A stretch of 64,000 nt of DNA, taken from NCBI GenBank assembly GCA_038087875.1, contig CM075990.1, positions 2,358,001 to 2,422,000 on the forward strand. The letters run 5' to 3'. This document shows positions 12,776 to 25,335 of the stretch, piece by piece; positions within the stretch are counted from its first letter, which is position 1; each line of letters begins with the position of its first letter. Below the pieces are notes generated by a model. The model was not told the DNA's origin and searched no databases. It saw only the letters and a program-made list of their open reading frames with translations. The position numbers and the translations under genes are program-made. Source of the DNA: Malacoraja senta. Its lineage: Eukaryota.

Positions 12776-13199
12776 AATGAATGGTTTTGTAACTATATTC
12801 CAAGGCCTATAATAACTGGAATGTGGCTTGTAGAAACCGCTACGATCCTCATTTGTTCCACTGTGGCATTGCTCATGAGAGAGTGATTATTCAGCATGAC
12901 TTCTGAGATGGGAAATTCCCCCCCAAAATTAACCAAAAATTGAAGCGGCCCTTTTAAGTCACCACATGATGAGACAAATGGTTTTTATGCCTGAATCTGG
13001 CTACTTAATATTAAAATGCTGGAGCTTGTGTTTAAAAATCATGCGGATTTCTATTTGTGGAGCAACGCATGATTTAAGCAGGCTGAAGAAGTGCCCCCAA
13101 CCTGAAGTGTCCACACAGATGCTGCCTGACCAGCTGAGTTACTCCAGCACTTTGTGTCCTTTTAAAAAAAAAATCTGCATCTATAACTCCTTGTATTCC

Positions 13200-13683
13200 A
13201 CATGATTTCTACACATTTTTGCACTTGATTTCTACACGTGATTTCTACACATGATTTCTACACTTGATTTCTACACATGATTTCTTCGCTTGATTTCTAC
13301 ACATGATTTCTGCACTTGATTTCGACACATGATTTCTACACATGATTTCTGCACTTGATTTCTACACATGATTTCTTCGCTTGATTTCTACACATGATTT
13401 CTGCACTTGATTTCGACACATGATTTCGACACGTGATTTTCTGCACTTGATTTCTACACATGATTTCTTCACTTGATTTCTACACATTTCTACATGTGAT
13501 TTCTACACGTGATTTCTAAACTTGATTTCTACACATGATTTCTACATTTGATTTCTGCACTTGATTTCTACATGATTTCTTCACTTGATTTCTACACATG
13601 ATTTCTACGTGATTTCTACACATGATTTCTACACTTGATTTTTGCACGTGATTTCTACACATGATTCTACATGATTTCTACAT
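13200..13683 (+). repeat. 13-bp minisatellite (GATTTCTACACAT / GATTTCTGCACTT)n
   Basis: More than 30 tandem units. Confidence 0.97.
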
Positions 13684-14009
13684 TCAGAACTACTACGTGA
13701 AATCAATGGTCAGCACGGACTCGATGGGCCGAAGGGCCTGTTTCCACGCTGTATCTCTCAAAAGAACTAAACTTAAAAGATAATTCTGAGGTTACCCTGT
13801 CTGTGTGAAGGGAATGGTTAGGTCAGGTCGGGGGGAGATCCCTCCTCCACGGGTACCATGTAATCCCGTGCTACCTGCTCCATGGTCGGATAGTCGACGA
13901 CTAAACCGTCTCCCCGCCTGGTTTGGCCAGGTGAGGAGGGGGCTGTGGACCCCCAGCAGGATTGCAGTCTGAGTTCAAGAACGTGAGCAGCATAGTTTAG
14001 TTTAGTTCA

Positions 14010-14105
14010 GTCTGAAGAAGGGTCTCGACCCGAAACGTCACCCATTCCTTCTCTCCAGAGATGCTGCCTGTCCCGCTGAGTTACTCCGGCATTTTCTGTC
14101 TACTT
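14010..14105 (+). mobile_element. Penelope-derived short terminal repeat with a minimal hammerhead-like motif (representative of many copies)
   Basis: GT-CTGAAGA-A-GGGT-CTCG-ACCC-GAAA-CGTC-AC. The same sequence terminates the GIY-YIG-encoding remnant at 46640-47540. Confidence 0.75.
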
Positions 14106-15209
14106 TTGGTTTAGTTTAATTTAGTTTAGAGAAATAGTGCGTAAACAGGCCCTTCAGCCCACTAATGCTGGCTGACGTGATCCCTGCACACTTGCACATC
14201 CCTACACACTATGTACAAATTACAATTTAACTGAAGTCAATTAACCTACTAACCTGTACGTCTTTGGTTCGTGGGATGAAACCGGGGCACCCGGAGAAAA
14301 CCCACGAGGTCACGGGGAGAACGTACAAACGGCATACAGACGGCACCCGCAGTCAGGATTGAACCCGGTGTCCCTGGCGCTGTAAAACAGCAACTCTACC
14401 GCTGCGCCACTGTGCCGCTCAAACCATCTTGGCTTGTTCTTGGTTGTCACTCCTGTGCAGGGCTGAAGGTGTGTCAATGTTCCAACTTCCAGATTGGGGA
14501 TTAAACTGAGGGTCTCGGCCCAAAACGTCACCCATTCCTTCTCTCCAGAGATGCTGCCTGTCCCGCTGAGTTACTCCAGCATTTTGTGTCTGTCTGTGTG
14601 CCTTCTGTGGCATTGAGCTTCACACACTGCTCAAAATCTGTCCTCACAACAGATGCCACATACGACCGGTGACCTGTTCATGGTCAGTTCGTGCAGTTGC
14701 TTGTGGGAACATGCTGTGCACAGTGTGCCTGTCATATGCTCACACAGCTCCAGCCAGCAAAAAAATCTTCCACCATAACCCTTATGAGGTAGGAAAGGTT
14801 TAGAGGGAATGGGCCAAACGCAGGCAAATAGCACCAGCACGGTGGCGCAGCGGTAGAGTTGCTGCCTTACAGCACCAGGGACCAGAGTTCAATCCAGACT
14901 ACAATTGTAGAAATCAAATGTAAGAATAAGGGTGTAGGACTGAGATGAGGAAAAACTTCTTCACCCAGAGAGTTGTGAATCTGTGAAATTCTCTGCCACA
15001 GAAGGCAGTGGAGGCCAATTCACTGGATGTTTTCTAGAGAAAGTTAGATTTAGCTCTTATGGCTAATCGAATCAAGGGATATGGGGAGAAAGCAGGAATG
15101 GGGTACTGATTCTGGATGATCAGCCATGTTCATATTGAATGGAGGTGCTGGCTCGGAGGGCCGAATGATCTACTCCTGCACCATTTTCTATGTTTTTATC
15201 TGTTTCTAA

Positions 15210-15392
15210 ATGTAGAAATCATGGGCAGAAATCACGTGTAGAAATCACGTAGAAATCACGTGAGGAAATCACGTGCAGAAATCACGTGCGGAAATCACGC
15301 GTGGAAATCACGTGTTGAAATCACGTGCGGAAATCACGTGCAGAAATCACGTGCAGAAATCACGTGTAGAAATCACACGTTGAAATCAAGTG
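15210..15392 (-). repeat. 13-bp minisatellite in reverse orientation (AGAAATCACGTGC)n
   Basis: Reverse complement of the 6511 and 13200 arrays. Nine units contain CACGTG. Confidence 0.95.
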
Positions 15393-17109
15393 ACTGTCTG
15401 TATGGAGTTTGTGCGTTCTCCCTGTGACTACGTGGGTTTCCTCCGGGTGCTCCGGTTTCTTCCCACAATCCAAAGATGTGCAGGTTTGTAGGCTAATTGG
15501 CTTCTGTGTATAGGATATGAAACTACGCTAACATGGAACTAGTGTATGGGTGATTGATGGTCTTCCCAGGAAGTGCTTCAAGGCAGTTCACAGTCTGGAG
15601 TTGAGATGGAGGTTGTAGTATTCAATAGCCTGATGATTGCAGGGAAGACGAAGGTGTTCCCTAAACTGGGTGTTACAGTTTTCAGGCTCCTGTACCTTCT
15701 TCCCGATGGCAGGAGTGATATGAGAGCCAGGATGGTGTGGGTCTCTGATGATGAGGCAGCGACTGCCGTAGATCCCTTCGATAGCGGGGAGGTCAGCAGC
15801 TGTGATGGACCACTTTGCTCCATTAGTTCATGAACAATCCTCACATTACACGGTGGCGCAGCGGTAGAGTTGCTGTCTCACAGCACCAGAGACCCGGGTT
15901 CGATCCTGACTACAGGTGCTGTCTGTATGGAGTTTGTACGTTCTCCCCGTGACCACACGGGTTTTCTCCGGGTGCTCCGGTTTCCTCTCATATTTTGAAA
16001 GACATGCAGGTTTGTAGGTTAATTGGCTTCCGAAAATTGTCCCTAGTGTGTTGGATAGTGCTGGTATATGGGTGATTGTTGATCAGTGCAGATTCGGTGG
16101 GCTGAAGGGCCTGTTTCTATGCTGTAACTAAACTAAACTAAACTACACTATATGCACCCTGTTATGTGTCATGTTATGGAGGTGTATAAAATCATGAGAG
16201 GAATAGATCGGGTGGATACACAGACTCTCTTGCCCTGAGTAGGTGATTCAAGGATCAGAGGACATAGATTTAAGGTGAAGGGGAAAAGATTTCATAGGAG
16301 TCTGAGGGTAACTTTTTTCACACAAAGGGTGGTGGGTGTATGGAACAAGCTGCTGGAGGGTGGGACTATCCCAACCTTTTTAGAAACTGTTAGACAGGGA
16401 CATGGATATGACAGGTTTGGAGGGACATGCTGGCAAGTGTGGGCAAGTTGGGCCGAAGGGCCTGTTTCCATGCTGTATCACTCTATGACCAGACTGGTTC
16501 GTTGGTAAAATCACTCCTCTGGGATAATTTCAGCATCTTTGATGCCACCGAGCCAAGCACAGTGAGATTAAATGTGAGGACTGAGGAGACGGACACAAAA
16601 AGCTGGAGTAACTCAGCGGGACAGGCAGCATCTCTGGAGAGAAGGAATGTGCGATGTTTTGGATCGAGACCCGTCTTCAGTCTGATTCAGTCACCCGTTC
16701 CTTCTCTCCAGAGATGCTGCCTGTCCCACTGAGTTACTCCAGCTTTTTGTGTCTTTCTTCGGTTTAAACCAGCATCTGCAGTTCCGTCATACACAGGACT
16801 GAGGAGATGTGATTCTGAATGTCAAAGTTGTTCTGGCAAGTTGGCTGCTGGTGGGCCCCACAGCTTAAAGGTCAGTGTCCCTGATGTGAGCCACTGATGT
16901 GCTGCAGCTCCCCTATGAGATGAACTTAATCTCCAAGATGATGCGCAGTTCATCGAAGGAGCCGGCTTTGCACTCATCGCCCTCAGAGTGAGCCGTACAA
17001 TGAGACCACTCACGGACAAAGGTCACAGCATTCCTGGTACATATTTGAATGGGTGCGTGCGTGAGTCATGTAACATTTCTAAGCTCTTGCGAGAACCTTG
17101 TGTCCTGGT

Positions 17110-18197
17110 GTCGAGACCACAACCTTCCTCTCAATGTCAGCAAGACAAAGGAGATAGTGATGGACCTCAGGAAGTGAAGCAGTACACATGCCCCAGTTTG
17201 CATTGACGGCTTGAAAACTTCAAGTTCCTGGGAGTCAATATCACCAGATAAAAGCTGTCCAGGGTCTGACCTCCCCTGAGGAGCATGGGTGAAGCTCAAC
17301 AGACTCCGTACTGGAGTTGGCCGTTTCAATGCCAGCGTGTGGAGATGGGGACTCCGCCAGAGCCCAGCCTGTGAATGCGGAGCAGAACAACAGACAGCCA
17401 ACCATGTCATCTCTGGGTGCCCGCTCTTCCACCCACCAAATGGAGCTCAGGGCCCGGCAGACATTGATGCAGAGACAACAACCTGGCTGCTCAACACCCG
17501 GCTTGAAATCTAACTATTCCTTTGGTTTATGTTTCATTCGCAAGAAGCATGAAGAAGAATATCACCAACAACTTCTCCTGAGCCACCCATTTTGAAGCTA
17601 CGACCAAGAAAGCACACCGATGCCTCTACTTCCTTAGAAGGCTTGGGAAGTTTGTCATGGCCCCCTACAGCTCTCACAAACTTCTACAGAAGTGCCGTGG
17701 AAAGCATTTTACGGGATGCATCACAGCTTGGTTTGGGAACAGCTCCGTCCAAGACCGTAAGAAACTGCAGAGAGTTGTGCACGTAGCCCAGACCATCGCA
17801 AGAAACCAACGTCCCTTCTATTGACTCTACCCTTGCATGAGCAAGGCCAGCAGCATAATCAAGGACCAGTCTCACCCCCTCTTCTCCCCTCTCCCATTAG
17901 GCACGAGGTTCAGAAGTTTGAAAACGCACACCTCCAGATTCAGGGACAGTTTCACTGAGCCGTCCTCTCATCTGCTAGAGAGTGGACTTGATCTCCCATT
18001 GGAGACCTTCTAACTGTCTTTAATCAGACTTTATTGGACTTTAATGTTATTTGTTGCACTAAATATTGTACCACTTATCCTATATCTGCGCAGCGTGGAC
18101 AGCTTGATTGTAATCATGTGTGGTCATTTCTTTCACTGGATAGCACGCAAACACAAGCTGTTCACTGTACCTTGGTACACGTGACAATAATACACTA
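17110..18197 (+). mobile_element. Degenerate Rex/Babar-like LINE 3' fragment interrupted by a nested insertion
   Basis: FKFLGV..I motif before the insertion and LTNFYRSAVESIL after it, then the conserved 3' UTR. Confidence 0.75.
17247..17557 (+). mobile_element. 5'-truncated non-LTR retroelement 3' end (Vingi/RTE-X-like) with GAA tail and 10-bp TSD
   Basis: WVKLNRLRTGVGRF...CECGAEQQTANHVISGCP zinc-knuckle. AATATCACCA is duplicated at 17237-17246 and 17558-17567. Confidence 0.8.
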
Positions 18198-18637
18198 AAT
18201 GAAGCTTTATAGGACGTTGATCAGGCCACATTTGGAATATTGCATGCAGTTCTGGTCGGCCCATTACAGGAATGATGTGGAGGCTTTGGAAAGGGTGCAG
18301 AGGTTTACCAGAATGTTACCTGGATTCGGGGGTATTAGATGCGGGGAGAGGTTGGACAGACTTGGATTGCTTTTCCCTGGAACTCCAGAGGTTGTGGGGA
18401 GACCAGGTAGAGGTTTATAGCATTGTGAGATGCATAGAAAGAGTAGACAGTCAGAATCTTATTCCCAGGATAGAAATATCAAATACTCGAGTTCACCGCT
18501 TTATGGTGAGAGGGGCAAAGCTTAAAGGAGATGTGTAGTGCAGCTATTTTACAGAGAAGGTGGTGTGTGTCTGGCAGGCACTGCCAGGGGTGGTGGTTGA
18601 AGCAGATACGATAGTTGTATTAGTGGTATTTAAGAGA

Positions 18638-18962
18638 CACGGTGGCGCAGCGGTAGAGTTGCTGCCTCACAGCGAATGCAGCGCCAGAGACCCGGGTTCG
18701 ATCCCGACTACTGGTACTGTCTGTACGGAGTTTGCACGTTCTCCCCGTGACCTGCGTGGGTTTTCTCCGAGATCTTCGGTTTCCTCCCACAATCCAAAGA
18801 CGTACAGGTTAGCAGGTTAATTGGGTTGGTATAAATGTAAAAATTGTCCCTAATGTGTGTAGGATAGTGTTAATGTGCGGGGATCGCTGGTCGGCGCGGT
18901 CTCGGTGGGCCGAAGAGCCTGTTTCCGCGCTGTATCTCTAAAAATAAAAATAAAAACTAAAC
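18638..18962 (+). mobile_element. HE1-like V-SINE inserted in a CR1 fragment (18199-19030)
   Basis: Full SINE. The flanking CR1 ORF reads LYRTLIRPHLEYCMQFWS. Confidence 0.85.
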
Positions 18963-20500
18963 ATTTGGATAGGCATATCGATACGCAGCGGGATATGGAG
19001 CTTGTGCAGGTAGATAAGAAACGGTTTTGAATAGGAGACCCTCAGATTATAATTAGACTTTACTGAACCTATCTTGCACTAAACGTAATTCCCTTTATCC
19101 TGTATCTGTACACTGTAAGTGGCTTGATTGTAATCATGTACAGACTTCCCGCTGACTGGATAGCATACAACAAAGATAAAGGTTTTCACTGTACCTCGTG
19201 ACACGAAACTAAACGAAGCCAAGCTCATCCACTCACTACGCACTCGGGGAAACCTTACAGTGGCCAATTAACCTACAAAACCGCATGTCCTTGGGATGTG
19301 CGAGGAAACCGGAGAGCCCGGAGGAAACCCACGCAGTCATGGGGAGAACGTGCAAACTCCACGCAGACAGCAGCTGAGGTCAGGATCAAGCTGGGGTCTC
19401 TGACACTGAGAGACGACAACTGTAATCTTGCACCACTGAAACAACAAAAAGCTTCTCTTTGTTCCTTGGTACACGTGACAATAAACAAAACTAACCTAAA
19501 AATGTTCAACACAGACATTGTGAACTGAAGGGCCGATTCTCTACTGTTCAATGTGTAGGAAGGAACTCTAGATGCTGGTTTAAACCGAAGATAGACACAA
19601 AATACTGGAGTAACTCAACGGGACAGGCAGCATCTCTGGAGAGAAGGAATGGGTGAAGTTTCGGATCGAGACCCTTCTTCAGACTGATGTTAGGGGAGAG
19701 GGAGGTACATAGATAAGGAAGTTTGAGGTGTGAAAACAGGACAAAGGGAATGAAGATCATTAATGGAGATCTACTGTTCAATGTTCTCTGTTCTATGCCA
19801 GTGTATTTTTAGCCAGTGGGACAAATTGCCCCAGAAGCAGACTAAATATGTAGGAAGGAACAGCAGATGCTGGTTTACACCAAAGATAGACACAAAATAA
19901 TTGAGTAACTCAGCGTTCTTGCAGCATCTCTGGAGAGAAGGAATAGGTGACATTTGGGGTTGAGACCCTTCTTCATACTCACGTTTCGGGTCGTAGAAGA
20001 GTCTGAAGAAGTGACTCGACCCCAAACGCCACCTATTCCTTTTCTCCAGAGATGCTGTCTGACCCGCTGGGTTACCCCAGCACTTTGTGGCTGACCCAGT
20101 AACAGGCAGTGGAATTTTGTAGTTTAGTTCAATTAGAGATACAGCGCGGAAACAGGCCCTTCGGCCCACCGAGTCCATGCCAACCAGCGATCCCCGCACA
20201 ATAACAATAGGGACAATTTATAACAAGCCAATAGACCTACAAACCTGTACGTCTTTGGAGTGTGGGAGGAAAGTAAAGTATCCTTTATTGTCATTCAGAC
20301 ATTTCAGTCTGAACGAAATTGTGTACCTTGCATTCATAACATAGAATAAAATAACAAAACGCACACTTAACACAGATTAACATCCACTGAACATCTCGAA
20401 CAAACCGAACATCTCGGGGAAAACCCACGCAGGTGCAAGAACGTGCAAACTCTGTTCAGACAGCACCCGTAGTCACTTGCACTTCTGTTGTATTTTGCAG

Positions 20501-20679
20501 CTCGCTGTTTGCGCCCAGTTACGAGGCAGCGAGTCGACCGTCCGAGCCGAGAAGCGGAGAGTCGATCACCCAGGAAAACGAGAGGCAAATCTACAAGACG
20601 GTCCTAGAAGGCGGAGACATTCCCTTCCAGGGGCTGAGTGGGTTGAGCAAGAGAACGTCCAGCTCCTCTTCAACCAAAG
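20501..20679 (+). CDS. SORBS1: SORBS1 coding exon (SLFAPSY...ENERQIYKTVLEGGDIPFQGLSGLSKRTSSSSSTK)
   Basis: TTTTGCAG acceptor, AAG|GT donor, phase 2 to phase 1. The peptide matches the SORBS1 motif ENERQIYKSVLEGGDIPLQGLSGLKRPSSSASTK. Confidence 0.93.
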
Positions 20680-21544
20680 GTGAACATGCTCATAGCAGTT
20701 CCGTTTAGTTTGTAGTCACGCGTACCGAGGTACAGTGAAAAGCTTTTGTTGCGTGCTAACCAGTCAGCAGAAAGACAACACATGATTACAATTGAGCCGT
20801 TCCCAATGTATAGATACATAAGGGAATGGTGTCTAGTGCAAGGTAAAGCCAGTAAAGTCCGATCAAGGATAGTCCGAGAGTCATCAAAGAGGTAGATAGC
20901 AGCTCAGGACCGCTCTCTAGTTGTGGTAGGATGATTCCATTGGGAAACAGCTGGGAAGAAACTGTAGCAACTGATAATAGCTGGGAAGAAACTGTCCCTG
21001 AATCTGGAGGTGTGCGTTTTCACACTTCTGTACCTTTTGCCCGATGGGAAAGGGGAGAAGAGGGATTGGCCAGGGTGAGACTGGTCCGTAATCATGCTGG
21101 CTGGCCTTGCCGGGGCAGGGTGAGGTGTAAATGGAGTCAATGGAAGGGAAGTTGGTTTGTGTGATGGTCTGGGCTGCGTCCACAATTCACCCAAATGTCC
21201 ATCAGTGGTTTATCCAGACCCTCGCGTCTACTTGTTACTGACCTGCCCGTCAACGGGAACTCACCCCAATGGAGGGTGGGCATGTGAATGGATGAATACT
21301 TTATTGTTACATGGGACTAGTCACAGTGATATTCTTTGTTTGCATTCTCGAGGTATGCAAAGAGTGGCCACATAAAGGGCGCTGACAAAGTTACAAAGTA
21401 TCCCGTGCCGGGTCCTCCTTTGTTCTTTTGCCCCCCTCCCCCCCTCACAGCAGTCCCCCCACATCGGGTCCTTCTTTGTACTCCCCCCCCCCTCCCACCC
21501 ACTCCCCCCCCCCCACCCCATCACGGGCGTTCAATCTGGCTGAG

Positions 21545-22290
21545 AATCTCCATCCACGGTTTATTCACAACATCTTGCATAAACAACTGTGTAGATGTCT
21601 TTCCTTTGTACCCCTCCACCTCACCTCAACAAGTTCCGGGCCTATCATGACATACATCTCTTCTTCTGTCGCCTCCGTGCACTCGCCTGCCCCACCCCCC
21701 CACCCTTGTCATGTCTTCCATCATCCCCCCTGACCGCCCCCTTTCCGACACGGAACGGTCTGACCTCAGCAGAGGCCTCACTTTTGTTCCCCTCCGCCCC
21801 CCCTCAACGAGTTCCAGGCCCGCCATGATGTCGAGCTCTTCTTCCGTCGCCTCCGCATCCGGGCCTTTTTCCTCATGTCCCAGTGGCGATCCCATCTCCC
21901 GTCTCCAACATTCCACGTCCTCTGCGATTCCCCTCCGTGCCTGCCTTCTACCCTCTCTGGACCTTTCTATTTCCATTTGCCAGCGTGACGTCAACTATGT
22001 TGACCTCTTCACTCCCCTCACCCACTCCAACCTCACCCGCTCTGAACACACAGCCCTCTGCTCACTCAGCCCCCCCTCCCGACACTGTTATTAAAGCTGC
22101 CGACAAGGGGAGGTGCTCTTGTAGTCTGAGGCCAGTCACCAGCTCTCGGACACTTCCTCATCCCCATCCCTTGACCATGACCCCCCAGATGAACATCAAG
22201 CCACCATCTGACAAGCTGTTGGAAGAAGGGTCTTGACCTGAAACGTCACCTACCATGTTCTCCGTAGATGCTGCCTGACCCGCTGAGTTA
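21545..22290 (+). mobile_element. Penelope-like element 5' ORF remnant plus terminal repeat
   Basis: IPPDRPLSDTERSDLSRGLTFVPLRP and VIKAADKG motifs, typical of the PLE pre-RT region. Confidence 0.7.
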
Positions 22291-23746
22291 TTCAAGGGTC
22301 TGAGCTATAGGGAGAGGTTGAGTAAGCTGGGTCACAATTCCTTGGAGCGCAGGAGGATGAGGGGTGATCTTATAGAGGTGTATAAGATCATGAGAGGAAT
22401 AGATCAGATAGATGCACAGTCTGTTGCCCAGAGAATGGTGAATCGAGAACCAGAGGACATAGGTTTACGGTGAACGGGAAAAGATTTAATCAGAATCTGA
22501 GGGGTAACCTTTTCAAACAAGGGGTGGTGGTCATATGGAATAAGCCAGAGGAGGTAATTGAGGAGGGGACTATCCCAACTTTTAAGAACAGTGAGACAGG
22601 TGCATGGATAGTGTGTGTGAAGGAACTGCAGATGCTGGTTTAAACCAAAGATGGACACAAAATGCTGGAGTAACTCAGCGGGACAGGCAGCGTCTCTGAA
22701 GAGAAGGAATATGTGACGTTTCGGGTTGAGACCCATTCTTCAGACATGGATAGGATGGATTTGGAGGGATACGGGCCAAATGCGGGCAGGTGGGACCAGA
22801 GTAGTTGGGACGTTGGGCAAGTTGGGCTGAAGAGCCTGTTTCCATGCTGGATCACTCTATGCCTCGGTATCACTTTGTGTCCTTTTATGTAGATGTTCAC
22901 TGAAGGTTTCGCCCCTTCCCTTTGGTTTTGCTGGAGCCAGTGGACCTTCAATGTTAAGATGCAGAGCTCGTGTCCTGATAACGCTTCAATGGTTGGAAAG
23001 CACAAGATTTCGTAATTTAGTTTAGTTTGGAGTTACAGCGTGGAAACAGGCCCTTCAGCCCACCAAGTCCGTACTGACCAACAATCACCCCGTACACTGG
23101 CACTGTCCTACACGCTAGGGACAATTTACAATTTACAGAGGGACAATTAACCTACATATCTGCACCTCTTTGGAGGGTGGGAGGAAACCGGAGCACCCGG
23201 AGATAACCCATGGGGTCACAGGGAGAAGGTGCAAACTGTATAGACAGCACCCGAGGTCAGGATTGAACCCGGGTCTCTGGCGCTGTAAGGCAGCAACTCT
23301 ACCGCTGCACCACCGAGCTGCCCATAATGTCTGGGTTGTTTGTGGTGCTGGTATAGGAATTGCACAAACTTGGGTCAATAGGAGGATCTATATATTCCTG
23401 GCATGGGCAGTTTAGCAATGTGATTCAGAGCCAAGGATTGGAGTTTGACTTCATCTCCAAGCTAGTTTCCATCACGACCCATCAGTCTTCTCACCAGCCT
23501 TCAACCCACCATATACTCAGTGGGACTGAATGAACAGGTTGTGGACCGGGCAAAGTTTATGTGCAGCTTGCTTCTACCATGAGGTCCATGTAGCAACACA
23601 CACAAGGAGGCAGCAGAGTGCAGCCTATCCCCTGCATTGATAATAACCTTCCATTGACTACATACAACAGCGGACCACAAAACCTCCCCTGACCATTCAT
23701 GTCTGGCATTGCAGGCTTACTAACTAATTGTCGTTTCACACACTTA

Positions 23747-24053
23747 AGGGTCTGTCCCACTGTACGAGGTAATTCAAGAGTTCTCCCGAGTTTCCCCTGA
23801 TTCGAACTCGGAGAATTACGGTAATAGCCGTTCGTAGGTACCCGGGGCTCTCGTGGACATTTTTCACAGTGCTGAAAAAACTTCACGAGTTTCCGCGTTT
23901 CCCGAGTACCTGCCGTTAGTATTACGAGCCGCTACGAGACATCCACGAGCTCCAACGTAGCCGCTACGTACATTCTACGTACTTACCACGAGTTTGATTT
24001 TTTTTTAAACTCGGGAGAGCTCTTGAATTACCTCGTACAGTGGGACAGGCCCT
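23747..24053. mobile_element. PIF/Harbinger-like MITE, TTA TSD
   Basis: TIRs AGGGTCTGTCCCACTGTACGAGGTAATTCAAGAG / CTCTTGAATTACCTCGTACAGTGGGACAGGCCCT, with TTA on both sides. Confidence 0.9.
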
Positions 24054-24909
24054 TTATCCTCAAACTGAAGGATAGTTAATGGCAAAAATATACTGGAATA
24101 ACTCAGCGGGTCCAGACAGCATCTCAGGAGAAAAGGGTCGAGACCCTTCTTCAGACAGAGATTTTTAATGGCCTTCCTTTATTTAAGAAGGGACCTATTC
24201 CTATACTGCCTGAACGTCAGAGTTACTCCAGCATTTTGTGTCTAACTGCAGTTTAAACCAGCATCTGCAGTTCCTTCCTACACAATCTGGATCGAAAATA
24301 GGCTTGGTGATATGGATTTGAGAAGGGCAGCAGAGATGAACAAGCTGGTGGATCTTAATCAGAGGAGTAAATCTATGGGGAAAATCCAGAGGGGTGGGAT
24401 TTACTCTTGGAAAGGCAGGGGTTGGGTGGGAATAGTCAACACGGCTTTGAGTGAAGAAAATTCTACCTCCCTAATTTCAGTGTAGTTTAGAGATGCAGTG
24501 GGGAAACAGGCCCTTCGGCCCACCTAGTCCGCACTGACCAGCGATCCCCGCACATGAACACTATCCTACACACACTGGGGACAATTTTACATTTACACCA
24601 AGAGAATTAACCTACAAACCTGTACGTCTTTGGAGTGTGGGAGGAAACCGGAGATCGCGGAGAAAACCCACGCAGGTCACGGGGAGAATGTAGAGACAGC
24701 ACCTGTAGTCAGGATCGAACCCGGGTCTCTGGCGCTGCAAGGCAGCAACTCTACCGCTGCACCACCGTGCCACCCTTGATTGAAGAGTTAACTATGATGA
24801 TTGATGAAGGCAGAACAGTAGGCATTGTCCACTTGGATGTAGTGAGGCTTTTGACAAGGTTCCAAGTGATAGGGTGGTACAGATGGTTAAGGTACATGGG
24901 ATCCAGGGC

Positions 24910-25335
24910 AAACAGCCAGGCGGCCACCTCATATTTCGCTTGGGCAGCTTACACCCCAGCGGGATGAATATTGATTTCTCAAAGTAACCCTTGCATCCCC
25001 TGACTCTCTGTCCCTCCCCCACCCTAGTCATACGAGTTTCACTGTTGTCCTGTTGAGTTTCACCGTCTGTATAACTCGTTATCACCGAGCCCACAGCCAA
25101 CAATGGACCATTGTGGGCTCCACCTTTTTTCACATCTTTCATTCATTAGGTCTATATCTCTCTCTATCACCGTCTACATCTCTCGTTTCCCCCTCCCCTG
25201 ACTCTCAGTCTGAAGAAGGATCTCAGCCCAAAACGTCATCCATTCCTTCTATCCAGAAATGCTGCCTGACCCGCTGAGTTACTCCAGCTTTTTGTGTCTA
25301 GCTTTGGTTTCAACCAGCGTTTGCAGTTCCTTCCT
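24910..25335 (+). mobile_element. Penelope-like element 3' end with terminal repeat
   Basis: HLIFRLGSLHPSGMNIDFS endonuclease C-terminus, then the ctgaagaagg..aaacgtc repeat. Confidence 0.75.

Noticed and set aside
13200..13683. Possible CRISPR-like array
   Set aside because: Contiguous 13-bp units with no unique spacers, in a vertebrate intron with no cas genes.
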